A stretch of 64,000 nt of DNA from a virus: positions 32,001 through 96,000 of IMG/VR virus record IMGVR_UViG_3300025127_000013; one strand, 5' to 3'. Under the pieces are notes generated by a model. That model made no database searches. It saw only the letters and a program-made list of their open reading frames with translations, and was not told the origin of the DNA. A program made the translations under genes and the position numbers. This document shows, one piece after another, positions 11,154 to 23,900 of this stretch. Each line of letters starts with the position of its first letter. Positions within the stretch are counted from its first letter, which is position 1.

Positions 11154-11522
11154 ATGTCTTCGTTAGCAATAAAATTACCCTTGATAAGAGACGATGCCGA
11201 CGGCTTTGAAACAGTAAAATCATTTCGTAATTTAGTAAAGCAAAATTTTAAAATGTTACTGTTGACTGATCGCGGTGAAAGAGTAATGGAACCCAACTAC
11301 GGTGTTGGATTAAAAAAATATTTATTTGAGAATTTTGATCAGTCTACTTTTTCAAGAATTGAAACAGATATACTTGAGCAAGTATCAATATACATGCCAA
11401 TAGTAGCAATACAAGAAATATCTTTTCAACCATCGGATCAATTCAGCAATAGATTGAACATTAAAATAGCATATGCCATACCTGAGATTGCTGTGAAAGA
11501 TTTGCTACAATTTACTATTTAA
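11154..11522 (+). CDS. baseplate wedge protein (T4 gp25-like)
   Basis: KQNFKMLLLTDRGERVMEPNYGVGLKKYLFE is the gp25/GPW signature. Confidence 0.92.
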   Translation: MSSLAIKLPLIRDDADGFETVKSFRNLVKQNFKMLLLTDRGERVMEPNYGVGLKKYLFENFDQSTFSRIETDILEQVSIYMPIVAIQEISFQPSDQFSNRLNIKIAYAIPEIAVKDLLQFTI

Positions 11523-11536
11523 ATTGAGGATTTAGA

Positions 11537-13333
11537 ATGCCAAAGAAACAAAAAGACCTTTTACCGATTGATTATACCCATAGAGAATTCTCAACCATCC
11601 AGCAAGACTTGATTGAAATAGCTGAAAGATTTTATCCTGATACATTTCAAGACTTTAGCGAAGGCTCTTTTGGTGCTCTTATGATTGATGCCGTTTCATA
11701 TGTTGGCGATCAACTTTCATTTTACATGGATTACAATGTTAATGAATCTTTCATGGACACTGCTTTTCAGTATTCCAATATTGTCCGACATGGCCGTGCA
11801 CTCGGATATAAGTTTGAAGGTCGTCCATCAACATATGGCACGGTTGCTTTGTACATTCTAGTCCCTGCTTCCTCAATCGGAATTGGCCCTGACAGAGATT
11901 ATTTGCCACTATTAAAAAGAGGCAGTACATTTGGAACAACAACTGGATTAAGTTTTATTCTAACTGAAAATGTAGATTTTTCTAATTCAAGAAATTTATT
12001 CGTTGTAGCTAGAAATGATGAAACCACAGGGGCCCCAACATTCTATGCAGTTAAAGCATACGGAAATGTAGTCTCTGGTCAGTTCGGTCAAGAAAGAGTA
12101 ACTATTGGAGCTTTTGAAAAATTCAAAAGAATTACACTTGAAGCTGATAATGTGTCAGAGATAATTTCTGTTTTCGATACTGAAGGTAATCAATATTATG
12201 AAGTTGATTACTTGGCTCAAGACACAATATTTAAGGAAATACAAAACCCAAACTTTAAAAATGATAATGTTCCATCGATTATTAAACCGTTCTTGGTTTC
12301 AAGAAAATTTATAACTCAGTTTAATAGAAACCAAATTACACTACAATTTGGTAGTGGAAAGTTTAACCAGTCAAATATTGTGGAAAATCCACAGAATGTG
12401 GCTGTGGATGTTTATGGTAAAAGTTATGTTACTCAAACAACATTTGATCCAAGTCGATTGTCAGAAAATGAAAGTTTCGGTATTGTTCCAGCAAACACAG
12501 AATTAATAATTACATATCGTGCTAATAATCCAACAAATTCTAATGTAGCAGCAGGCAATCTAAATGCTGTTTCCAATTCTAACTTATTTTTTAATGATGA
12601 GCAATCTCTTTCAGCAACAAAATTAAATCAAGTTATTTCATCTCTTGAAGTAGAAAATGAAGAGCCAATTAGTGGCGATATATCTTTACCAACATCAGAT
12701 GAAATAAAACAAAGAATTTACGATACTTTTCCAACTCAAAATCGAGCTGTAACTCAAGTTGATTATGAAAATATCTGTTACAGAATGCCTGTAAAGTTTG
12801 GTTCAATTAAACGAGTTTCAGTGCAGAAAGATGCTGACTCTCAAAAAAGAAATCTAAATTTATATGTTATATCTGAGGATGTAAACGGCAAACTTGTAAC
12901 AAGCAACTCGGTTATCAAAAATAACTTAAAAACTTGGATTAATCAATATAGAATGATTAATGACACTGTAGATATTTTAGATCCATTTGTATTAAATTTT
13001 GGAATTGATTTTGCTGTTCGTGCACAAGAAGCTGCTGAAAAATTTACTGTATTAGAAAGTTGCATTGCTGCCCTCAAAACTAATTTTGAAAAGACATACT
13101 TCATTGGTGAATCTTTATACATAAGTGACATATTTAATGTTTTAAAAGAAGTATCTGGTGTTCAGGATGTCTTAAAAGTGAAAATCAATATGAAAACAGG
13201 CGGAGAGTATTCAACTTCATCGATAGATGTAAACTCTAATTTATCTGGTGATGGTTCACAATTGATAGTGCCGAATAATGCCATTCTAGAATTAAAATTT
13301 CCAGAAGTTGATATTGTAGGAAAAATTAGATAA
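11537..13333 (+). CDS. baseplate wedge protein (T4 gp6-like)
   Basis: DYTHREF...DFSEGSFG...YVGDQLSFY, LQFGSG and QNRAVTQVDYE motifs; follows gp25. Confidence 0.9.
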   Translation: MPKKQKDLLPIDYTHREFSTIQQDLIEIAERFYPDTFQDFSEGSFGALMIDAVSYVGDQLSFYMDYNVNESFMDTAFQYSNIVRHGRALGYKFEGRPSTYGTVALYILVPASSIGIGPDRDYLPLLKRGSTFGTTTGLSFILTENVDFSNSRNLFVVARNDETTGAPTFYAVKAYGNVVSGQFGQERVTIGAFEKFKRITLEADNVSEIISVFDTEGNQYYEVDYLAQDTIFKEIQNPNFKNDNVPSIIKPFLVSRKFITQFNRNQITLQFGSGKFNQSNIVENPQNVAVDVYGKSYVTQTTFDPSRLSENESFGIVPANTELIITYRANNPTNSNVAAGNLNAVSNSNLFFNDEQSLSATKLNQVISSLEVENEEPISGDISLPTSDEIKQRIYDTFPTQNRAVTQVDYENICYRMPVKFGSIKRVSVQKDADSQKRNLNLYVISEDVNGKLVTSNSVIKNNLKTWINQYRMINDTVDILDPFVLNFGIDFAVRAQEAAEKFTVLESCIAALKTNFEKTYFIGESLYISDIFNVLKEVSGVQDVLKVKINMKTGGEYSTSSIDVNSNLSGDGSQLIVPNNAILELKFPEVDIVGKIR

Positions 13334-14964
13334 TGCCGATTAAAAAGTATTCTGCAAATGCTGACAACACAATAGTAAATGCATTTCAACAAGATTTGCA
13401 AACAAGAGCCACCGGTGCGAATGCAGGTGCCGCTGACATTGTTGAGGTTTATTCAGTTTTTGGTCGCCAAACCAGTGGTTCTCAAGAATTATCAAGAGTA
13501 TTAATGCAGTTCCCTGTAACATCTATTAGTACAGATCGCTCAAATGGTGTCATTCCTGCTTCTGGTTCAGTTAGCTTTTATCTGAGAGTTCACAATGCAG
13601 AGACTTCTAGAACCGTACCGAGAAATATGAAAATGATGGTGCATGCTGTATCGCAGTCATGGCAAGAAGGTGTGGGTCTTGACTTAGAGGGATATAAAGA
13701 TTTAACTAATGGCAATGAAGGCTCTAACTGGATGTCAGCATCAAATTCAACTTTTTGGAAGGATGCTCACGGGATTGTGCTAGCTGGTGGTTCTTACCAT
13801 ACACAATCAGTTCCTAATGCAGATGTAAACACAGAAGTTCATATATTTGATCAAACACTGTCAACAGGTCTAGAAGACCTTGAGATTGACATTACACCAC
13901 TTGTAGAACAATGGATAGATGGCACTTACACAAATTATGGTGTAGGGCTATCTTTAACGGCAAGTCAAGAAGCATTTATCTCTGGAACACTTAACGATGT
14001 TGCTAGCAGAGTTGATAGATTACCAGATCCTGCTGATTCTTCACAAGCTGTTATATACAATCCAAGTGGTTCTACTCTGTCTTTCTATACTAAAAGAATG
14101 TTTGCTAGAGGGACAGAGTTTTTCTTTAAGAAGCCTGCAATTGAAGCAAGATGGAATAATGTAAAAAGAGATGACAGAGCTAATTTTTATTATAGCAGTT
14201 CTTTAGCTTCTGGCCCAGATAATCTTAATACACTTTATCTCTACAATTATGTGCGAGGTAGACTTGCTAATATTCCTGAAATCGGAACAACCGGCTCAAT
14301 CATGGTTAGTCTTTACTCTGGATCGGCTGATAACTCCGGTCCATCTGGTTCTAGACTAGTCCTGTTCGACGGACAGACTAGTATTACAGGTGGCTATGTA
14401 GCAACTGGTATTTACAGTTGTTCGTTGGCAATTACAGCCGCTGCAACCCCAATACAAACTCTTTACGATGTCTGGCACAGTGGCTCAATGAAAACAGAGC
14501 ATTCGCCCACCAAAGAGTTTTCAACTGGCTCTATTAGGCCGCAACTATTAACGGCTGCTGAGACTGTAGATAAAACAAAACACTTTATTAATATTACAAA
14601 CTTAGAGAACGAATATTCTAAGAATGAGACAGCTAGGTTTAACTTGTACATCAGAAATAAAAATTGGTCTCCAACTATTTATGTTAAGGCAAAGGAGAAT
14701 CCACCACATTCACCAATCATAAGTGCTTCATATCGAGTATTTAGAACTTTTGATGCACTTGAAGTTATACCCCACAATACAGGTAGTGATTTTGCTACTG
14801 GTTTATCATACGATGTATCTGGAAACTACTTTAATCTCGATATGAAATTGCTACAACCCGGATTTGAATATGGATTTAAGTTTGCTTTTTACGATCAAGA
14901 ATTTAATTCTTGGCAAGAACAAGACAAAATATTCAAATTTAGAGTGTTAAACGATGAGTACTAA
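13333..14964 (+). CDS. virion structural protein
   Basis: ADNTI...SRVLMQF...SWQEGVG...DITPLVEQW...NYG pattern typical of beta-sandwich virion proteins; directly after gp6. Confidence 0.65.
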   Translation: MPIKKYSANADNTIVNAFQQDLQTRATGANAGAADIVEVYSVFGRQTSGSQELSRVLMQFPVTSISTDRSNGVIPASGSVSFYLRVHNAETSRTVPRNMKMMVHAVSQSWQEGVGLDLEGYKDLTNGNEGSNWMSASNSTFWKDAHGIVLAGGSYHTQSVPNADVNTEVHIFDQTLSTGLEDLEIDITPLVEQWIDGTYTNYGVGLSLTASQEAFISGTLNDVASRVDRLPDPADSSQAVIYNPSGSTLSFYTKRMFARGTEFFFKKPAIEARWNNVKRDDRANFYYSSSLASGPDNLNTLYLYNYVRGRLANIPEIGTTGSIMVSLYSGSADNSGPSGSRLVLFDGQTSITGGYVATGIYSCSLAITAAATPIQTLYDVWHSGSMKTEHSPTKEFSTGSIRPQLLTAAETVDKTKHFINITNLENEYSKNETARFNLYIRNKNWSPTIYVKAKENPPHSPIISASYRVFRTFDALEVIPHNTGSDFATGLSYDVSGNYFNLDMKLLQPGFEYGFKFAFYDQEFNSWQEQDKIFKFRVLNDEY

Positions 14965-17900
14965 GGATTTATTCACTAGAAATTACTTAACTGATAAAAA
15001 CGAAAAAGATGCATTTTCTGAAGTTGAATCTGCTGAGAACATCAAACAAGTAAGAGAAAAACAAACCACCTTTGTACCTAATGTAGACTATACAGATCCG
15101 TTATCTTTTGCTAGATATGGTTCCGCTCGTCTCTACTATAAGAGTGCCATTGACAGAGTAGTTGATTTTTACCCCTATGATGGCTCGCAAGCTGAGTTAA
15201 ACGAGTTCTACAATAAATCACTTGACATTGAAAAGTATATTTTTAACAATCGTTACCCTAGAACAACAGGGTATGCCAACTTTTCACCCAATGGTTGGGG
15301 AACAGCTACATCTCGGCCCGGCGGTTATGGCTCCTCAAATGTAAACGAGTACATTACATTCAAAGCAGGACCAAATTCTACTAGTCAAACTGCGGCATTA
15401 AAAAGCTTAATTCCAGATTCAGAAACAAGCACATATCAATACAGCAATATTTACGATGAATCGCTGTATACCAACGAAGGTTTACCATCAGACTACGGTC
15501 AAGGAACTCGTACCTCAAATCTAAAATCAAATTTCGATACAGGTGTAACAATTGAGTTCTGGGCTAAGACTGGTTCACTTGACACATCACTCACAGAAAA
15601 GCAAGTAATTGTTGATATATGGAATAATGAACTTAGTTCAAGTGCTCATTACGGTAGAATTACTGTTGAGCTTGACGGAACTACCGGTGGCTCAACTCCA
15701 TGGTTAGTCACCGTTGAATCCGGCTCGACTAGTGTGTTTCAACAATCAGTCGGTACAGATTTATCAATTCATACTTTAAGTGATTGGAAACACTATAGTT
15801 TTGTTTTACAAAACAGTGGTTCTGATTTTCACATTAAGTTGTATGTAGATGGCCAACATAACGATACGGAAGTTGTTTCTTCCAAGGCAGTGTCAGAAAT
15901 TAATCCTGAAAATCTTATGGGACGAATTGGTGCTCTTCAGACTGCTCCCAAGGGATTGGAAGATGTATCAAAAATTTCTAACTATAGCGGTGCAGGAAAA
16001 CTTAGTGGATCAATTGACGAATTTAGATTTTGGAAAGTTGCAAGAAATCCAAAGCAAGTAGGACAAAATTGGTTTACACAAATTAGAGGTGGTGTCAATA
16101 CAGACATATCTAATACAACACTTGGTATGTACTATAAGTTCAACGAAGGTATTACAAATTCCTCATCGTTAGATAGTGTTGTATTAGATTACGGTGGTCG
16201 TGTGTGCAATGGTACATGGACTGGATATGCCGCAGCATCTAGAAACACTGGCTCAGCCATTGTGTCTGCTTCGGCAGCAGGTAGCGAGTATCTTGACCCG
16301 ATTATTTACTCAGTGCACCCAGATGTGGTTTCTCTTAAAAGGGAGTTAGAGGACTTAGGCACTTTCCACGATTCGCAAAATAACAGCATGTTCTTAAAGA
16401 GTGTGCCGGCATGGATTCTTGAAGAAGCAGAAGATCTCGGAAACAGCGATCTTGAAAAGCTCACACACATAATGGGTGCTTATTTTGATAAACTTTATTT
16501 ACAAATTCAAGCTATACCAAAGTTAAGGCAACAGAATTATGTTAGTTCATCTGATCAGCCTCTGCCATTCTCACAAAACTTGCCCCAATCTTTAGGACTT
16601 AACACACCAGAAATATTTATTGATTCAACTGTGCTTGAAAAATTTGCAAATAGAAGTGATACAAAACTATTTCAAGAAGATTTACAAGAAACTAAAAATT
16701 TAATTTATCAAAACATTTACAATAACTTAGCTGACATTTATAAAGCCAAGGGAACAGAGAAAGCAATCAGGAATGTTCTTAGATGTTTTAATATTGATGA
16801 CAACTTAATATACTTAAGAGCATATTCAAATAATCAATTGTTTGAATTGAAAAACAATCTTAAACAAACACAGAAGAAAACCAGACTTCTTAATTTAAAT
16901 AAGCAAACATCCACTACAGCAGTTGTATATCAGGCTGCTGATCCAAGTGTGACTGATGCACGAGGTTTTATATCAGGCTCAGAGGGTCTTGCTTACGAAG
17001 ACAACTACGGTTTCACTGCTGAAGTTGGTGTAAAATTTCCTAAGTTTTTCCGTTCTCTAGATAAAATTGATAGAGAATTTATAAACACTGTGTCCATTTT
17101 CGGTATGCACTCTGCAAGTGTTGATAATCCATCTGAGACAACCATATTCTCATCTGACACCGCCAACTTTCAAGTTCAAGCTGTAAGAGATAAAGTATAT
17201 TCTAAGAATGTATTCTTTAGACTTTCATCATCTGTAACTCCTTTCCCGGCACCGTTACTCACTAGTAGTTTATATTATAATGTTTATGACGATGAAAACT
17301 GGAATCTCTCGGTTGGCTTAAGGCCCTCTAAATATCCGTTTGTTAACATTTCGTCAGGTTCAGAAGACTTTACCTATGATTTTGTTTTTCGAGGCTACAA
17401 CAACAAATTAGGCACTGTTAACAATAGCTTTGAGCTTACCGCATCTGTTAGTAAGGAAGTTGGACAGAACTTCTTAAGAGCAGCGAAAAGATTGTATGTT
17501 GGAGCTACGAACGAAAACATAACAGGTTCGACTAACACCGTACAATCAGATGTCCAATATACGGATGCCAGATATTGGACAAAGTATATTGATTCGTATA
17601 CTCTCAAACAACATTCAGTTGATAGAGAAAACTTTGGTTTATCCGGCTCTTACAGGAGTATTGACCCTGTAACAACACCCATAGATAATCAAAACAGTTA
17701 TAATTTTAACTCATTGGCACTTGATTGGTTCTTTGAGACTGTGACCGGTTCCGATGCAGCAGGACAATTTTATGTTACTGATTTAAGTTCCGGTTCGGCA
17801 CTCTTAAGGAATAACTTTGGTTGGGCTGGTCAAATTGGTGGTCATCCACATACCGGCCGCGGCCGAGGATTCCAAGCAAATGATGATCAGGTTGCAGTCA

Positions 17901-20900
17901 ATCAAATAGTTAACGAGTTTAAGTTCACTGAGCCAGAAATGGTAATATCGTCTGACATGGTTCAAGTATTAGATGAAGATGATGAATTACTTGGCACATT
18001 TGATCAAGTTCCAAACTATGTTTTCGTACTAGAGAAGAGCTTATACGGAGCTGTTTCTGAAGAAATTTTAGATTTCTTTGCTGGCTCACTAGACTTCAAC
18101 AACCTTATCGGCGATCCGGTAAATCGATATAGAAAAGAATATAAGTCATTAAATTACTTAAGAAATATCTTCTTTGAAAGATTTCAAAAGATATCAACAG
18201 TTGAAAAGTATGTTGATTACTATAAATGGTTTGATGATGCTTTGGCGACTATAATATCACAATTGGTGCCCGCTTCGGCTGATTTTATAAATGATGTATA
18301 TAATACAGTTGAGAGTCATGTATTAGAAAGAAACAAATATCAATCACAGTTTCCAACGATTGACTTTAAACAAGCTGATCCAGAAGCTAGTATCAGAGGT
18401 ATTGTTGAAACTAAGTTGAATTATCAACAAGATTTATTTGGCGGTGTTGAAACATCTCCCAGACCAACAAATGTTCACAAAAACTTCTGGAGAAGAAGAG
18501 CATTACCCGGCCCACCCGGGATAGCAGATCATGAAATTACCTCTAGCGATGCTAGTGTAGATACTAAGCGAAGAAAAATAAGAGCAGGATTATATAGCAG
18601 ACCGCAATTTAGTTCTTCAATGCCCACACTTACCAAGACTGACGGAACTAAATATTCTCTTAATAGATTGCTTGAAACACAAAAGGCCGGAACCGTTGAC
18701 TTCAGTGGTCCTGAAAATGTAACAATAAACAGAACTATAGTTGGCGGTGTTAACTTTGAACATAACAAAGATATACATTACACTTATGCCTCCCTTTATC
18801 CCGCGGGCCCAGTCATGGCACCTGCTGGCGGTGTGTTTGTACCACAGAATGTTCTTTATGCCAGAACGGATGATACCAATCGGGTTGATACACTTGAAGA
18901 TTGGATCCTCGATGGTAATGTCGGAGTCAAAAGAAAGAAGCACTTAAAAGTTGTGCAAGGTAGAGATTATAACGATGGCTTAGGTTACACTTGTAACAAA
19001 AACTCGTTTGCATTCCCATTCAATGTTATGAGTTCGTCCATCACTGGTGGAGTAGATGACTTCATCAGAAGAAGAACCGAACTAGACATTAGTATTACTA
19101 ACCTGCACAATGATGTATACGGTAATGAAATGGAAGTTCCAATGCAGGGCCCATTTACAAACTATGCTGTCGGAGGCCACCAGTCTAGACACATTGCACT
19201 GAACAGTGGATCTGATACATATACAAACCGACCAGAGGCATGGAAGATACTACTTGGAGTCAGGGGTGACTGTCCAGACGGTGAAGCATTAACCGGTGCA
19301 ATAGGAATGGCTGCACCTGATTACCCATGGCCAGAAGCAAATGATGTTGGGGTAACACCATATCCAATGACTGCCTCTCATAAAGCGGTTTACTATCGAG
19401 ATCACATTGCCAAGAGACCGGTTAATATAAAAAATATTCAAGTCTCCACAGGCTCTACAATTTTAGGAAACTTTGAACATAAATACGAAGTTGTTCATTC
19501 ATTCGGTGCTTTTGAAAACCCGAGAAACTTTATCGAGACTCAGCCCTCTCTTCCAACAAACTTGTTCCAGTCAAGAGCTACTTCTTCGACCCAAACAAGA
19601 ACATTTTATGATACAAGAAGATCATCTGGAAGTCATTTTGAATTTATGGCTGATTATGATGTCGGCTACTTATCTGGCACCAATAACAACACAATTATAA
19701 CTACCAAATTTGATCATGGGGCCGGCGGAATGTTAACCAATGGTAATGGGTATAGAGATTTTAGATCTAATGAATTTTCCGTATATAACAGTATTAATAA
19801 CAGATTTTTATCTGTAAAGAGAAGATCACAAGTATCAACTGGCCAAACAAGCGAAATAGTTGGTTCTGGCACTGCTGGGATTAGAGTATTTGATATTCAC
19901 GGCAATGATTTTGGTTTGACTGCACATGCATCTAGACACACAGCTAGATTCGGTAGAGATTCAAACCTCGTGTCTACCCCCGGTGCATCGTATGTTGAAT
20001 CACCCGGATTCCACAAAATTCATAGGAACAACAAAGATTGTGTAAGAATAACCAACGAAACACTGGTACCAATATTTTCGCCTAATTTGACATTGATAAA
20101 TAGGCAGGGTGTTGCCTTTGCAAGTTCAAATTCTAATTCTGCATTCTTATTAACTGGTGCACTTGGCGGTAGCCCTGCTGGAGAACCGCTTGTCAAATCT
20201 CCAGATTTACTAGCAGGTATTTCTGGCTCTGGTTTTTCATGGACTGGTTTAATTAAGTTCCATGCACAACAAACTCACACAAGCCCTGCATCGGAAACAA
20301 GAGAAAGAATCTGGGCTATGGGACTAAATTCAAGCAGCAAAATTAGAGCCAAGCTTGAAAGAGTTAAGGCAGGATCCGGTGATCATCGATTCCGAATATA
20401 CTTTACAATTGGCACGACCGGTGGCGGCGGAGCCGGCGACTTAGAATATCAATGGCACTTCCCTGCTGGTACATTTGACTTATCAAGTTCCTATAACCAC
20501 TATGCACTTGTGTTCGGTTCTCCAAACAATGGTGTCGGAGGAGCTAATCGTTCAATTCCAGATGGCCAACTCAATCAGTCTGCACAATTTTTAACATCTG
20601 CAGTCTTATATTTTAACGGTGTATCTCAATCCGCTGCATCTATATCATCAAATAGACCTGACTACAACGACACGAATGGTTCGTTCTCTAGCTTTAGAGG
20701 ATTCGCGGCTTTAAAGCCCAAGGGTCAGAGTTACATGCAAATTGGCGGCGGCCTTGGTGCAGCAGATCAACCTCTGTCTGCATCTATAGATGAATTTACA
20801 TTCTGGACTACACCCTTATTTGCAACAGGTGTAACACAGATTTACAATGGCGGAATTCCCTGTGATGTTACTGCCTCATCAGTATACAGTAACAGTGGCT

Positions 20901-23900
20901 CTTCTTTGTGGGATTGGATTCGTTTTGAAAATTCAGCCGACACAAATGCAATCGCACTAGACGGTGCTAACCCGGGAACATACAACGGAACAACAAACAA
21001 GTTAATTGGTTTCAACAATAATCAATTCTTGCCTGTAGCAATTAGCGGGACACCACTCGGAATGGGAGATGCAACAGATGTGCCGGAAGGCTGCACCCCA
21101 CTTCTTCAAGGGTATAATTCAGTATTAACAATTGCTACACAGTCAATGTTTGATAACTTCAACATACAACATCAGATTCCACAGATGAGCAAGCAGTATG
21201 GCTGGATTACAGCATCCTTAGTCAATGATCATGGAATCTGTGGATTCTACCGTCCAGATTTTAGAAGAAGAGTCTCATCATCTAGTGGTATAAATTATGT
21301 CGATTCCTTTGACTTCTTAACAGCAAGCACAATTGGTAGCACGGTTGACAATGCTAACTTAAGATTTATTGGAGAGGCAAACGAAGTTACCGGTAGCAAC
21401 ATATTATTGCAAACTGGAAGATTAAATCTTAATGTTATAGAAAACATAGATTCTGCTTCCAACACAATGACATATCCTGTTCGTACTTCACCATATCCTG
21501 TGTTTACAAATCAATTAAATTCGTTTATAAACTGGAGACCTTCCGGCGGCCCTGATGTGAGAGGAGGCTTGATAGCAACAGGTTCAGTGGCTAGCGGCCA
21601 GATACAGTTTACTGGTTTACCAACAGTTGGTCAAAAAATAGCAATTAGATCCACCGATGGTACTTTAAAAACTTATGTTGGAGCTAATGCAACTGATACA
21701 ACATCTAATGAATTTAAAGTCGGCGGTGGCTCTACTGCTACAAGTGCAGCCGAGCAACTTACACTGTGTATCAATGCCGCTCAAGGTCATAATGGAAAAA
21801 TAATCGCTGAAGATCTTAGTTCTGCTCGAATACAGTTAACACAAAGGGATGCGGGTCTAAATGGCAATACAGTAATTGATTCTGATTTGTCTAATGTCAT
21901 CTCGGCAACATCATTTAGACTTGTGGGGGGTACAGGACTGTTCCGAAATCAAGATGCGGGTGCATTTAATCAACTTATGTTTAAGAGAGGTAATCAATTT
22001 GGTTATCCAACTTGGAGACAAGTTCGTCAGCAAGATCACCCAATATTAGTCAATGAGAGATTGAACAATAAGATTACTGCTATCAAGGGGTCACAACTCA
22101 CTGAACACGATTTAAGGCCAGTATCGATGGTTGGCCGACCATCATTTGCTAACTTTACATATTTGACAGATCCTGCAAACTTTAGTACAGTTCAAAATGC
22201 CACTTTTAAAACTTCCTACAGCAATGAATATGTATTATTTAATACTCGCGAATTAAACGAAATAGCTAATATTGATTTTAGTAATCAAGTAACACCATTT
22301 GAACAACTTGTAGCACTTCAAGAATATAAACCAGCCGGTATACCGGTCTACAATTTAAATTGGGTTCTTTATCAAGAAAACTTATTTCCATCTCTTAGAA
22401 ACGAATTTGCTTCTGCATCTGTGACAAGAGTAGGATATGATAGTAAATTTTGGAGAGTTAATCAGAATGCAAGAGTAAGTGGTAATGTTGGCAATCCAAA
22501 TAGTCTTGGAATGACTGGTAGCGGCCTTGGCACCGATACTACTGCTGGTAAATTGTCTCTGCTTACACAATCAATGTGGCCACTCGATGCACCTTTAGAT
22601 TTTGAAACCAGAAGAACTCCTGCACTTGTAACCGCTGATGTTGCTTCATCACTAATGAGATCTAATTCTGCTGGAGAATTACAAAATACATACTCGACAT
22701 ATGGAATACAAAATAGTAGCGGTTCTGGTACTTTTAGTACCTCTGACATGGCTGCTTCAATTAGAAATGCAGCTCTGTATTCAAGAAAACACTTTTTGAC
22801 ATCACCAAGATCTTTAAACTCTCCCGGTGGTATAAAACCAATTACAGTTCCTTTAGGTATTGAACAACAACCCGGACCAATTGAGACTGACCCCACTGCT
22901 TACGGCCTTGCTCCAGTAACAACCGGTTCGGGTGAAGCAAAATGGGATGCTGCTCAAAATGCCGGCTACTTAACAACTTCAAATGGTATCACTGGTTTTG
23001 TGTCGGCTCCCTCTGAACCGTTTTACGACAACTATGATGAATTTAGAGCGGAAATTAAAACAGTAGCAAAGGGATACAATATTATACCAGAATTTAGAAT
23101 ATCTGAACAAGTTGAAAACTATATTAAATTTGGTATCTTAGGTGGTGAGAATACAGAAACATTTGATATCCCGGGCACACAAATCAATAGTTCTCAGAGA
23201 AACTTTTACAGGGATTATTCAAATTCTGATTTCTTAGAAAACTTTTTAGATGTCAGACAAATGACCGATTTAGCAGCGAAAGAAATAAAATTAACCTGTA
23301 GAGCAGCAATTAAATTTCACCCCTACAAGGGCTTTTATCCTGCTCAAAGATCATTGGATTTGGTAACACAATTTAGCAAATCATATTCTAGAAATATTGG
23401 TGTATGGGAAATGCAGTCCTCCGGTACAGGTTCAGTATTTACTGCTGAGACTTTTGAACAATTTGGAATTAATCTCATGCAAACAATTTATGCTAAACCT
23501 GTAAGCACCCCATTATTCGCCCCGGGTATTTTATACAATTCTATAAAATCGGGCTTAGCTGTTGATTACCCCGTTGTAACCGATCACACTAGAGTAGAAA
23601 TTCAACATATTACAGGCACTGTAAATGGAGAGGAAAATTATGTTTTTGGAACAGCCCATAATACAGGCTCAGATTTCTTTAATCAGTATCGTACTGGCTC
23701 ATACTTTGATAAGAGGCTGCCTTTTGAAACAATCATAAACCCTGCATCACAAATGAAAGGAGTAGAGTTAAACATATTTGAGCCTCATCCTAGTCAATCT
23801 TTTAATTACCCAGCAGAAGGAATAACATCCTCAATAGGAAACAGCCCAGCAGATAACATTTATACTTTAATGGCATCAAACTATTTCGCAGAGGTTGGTA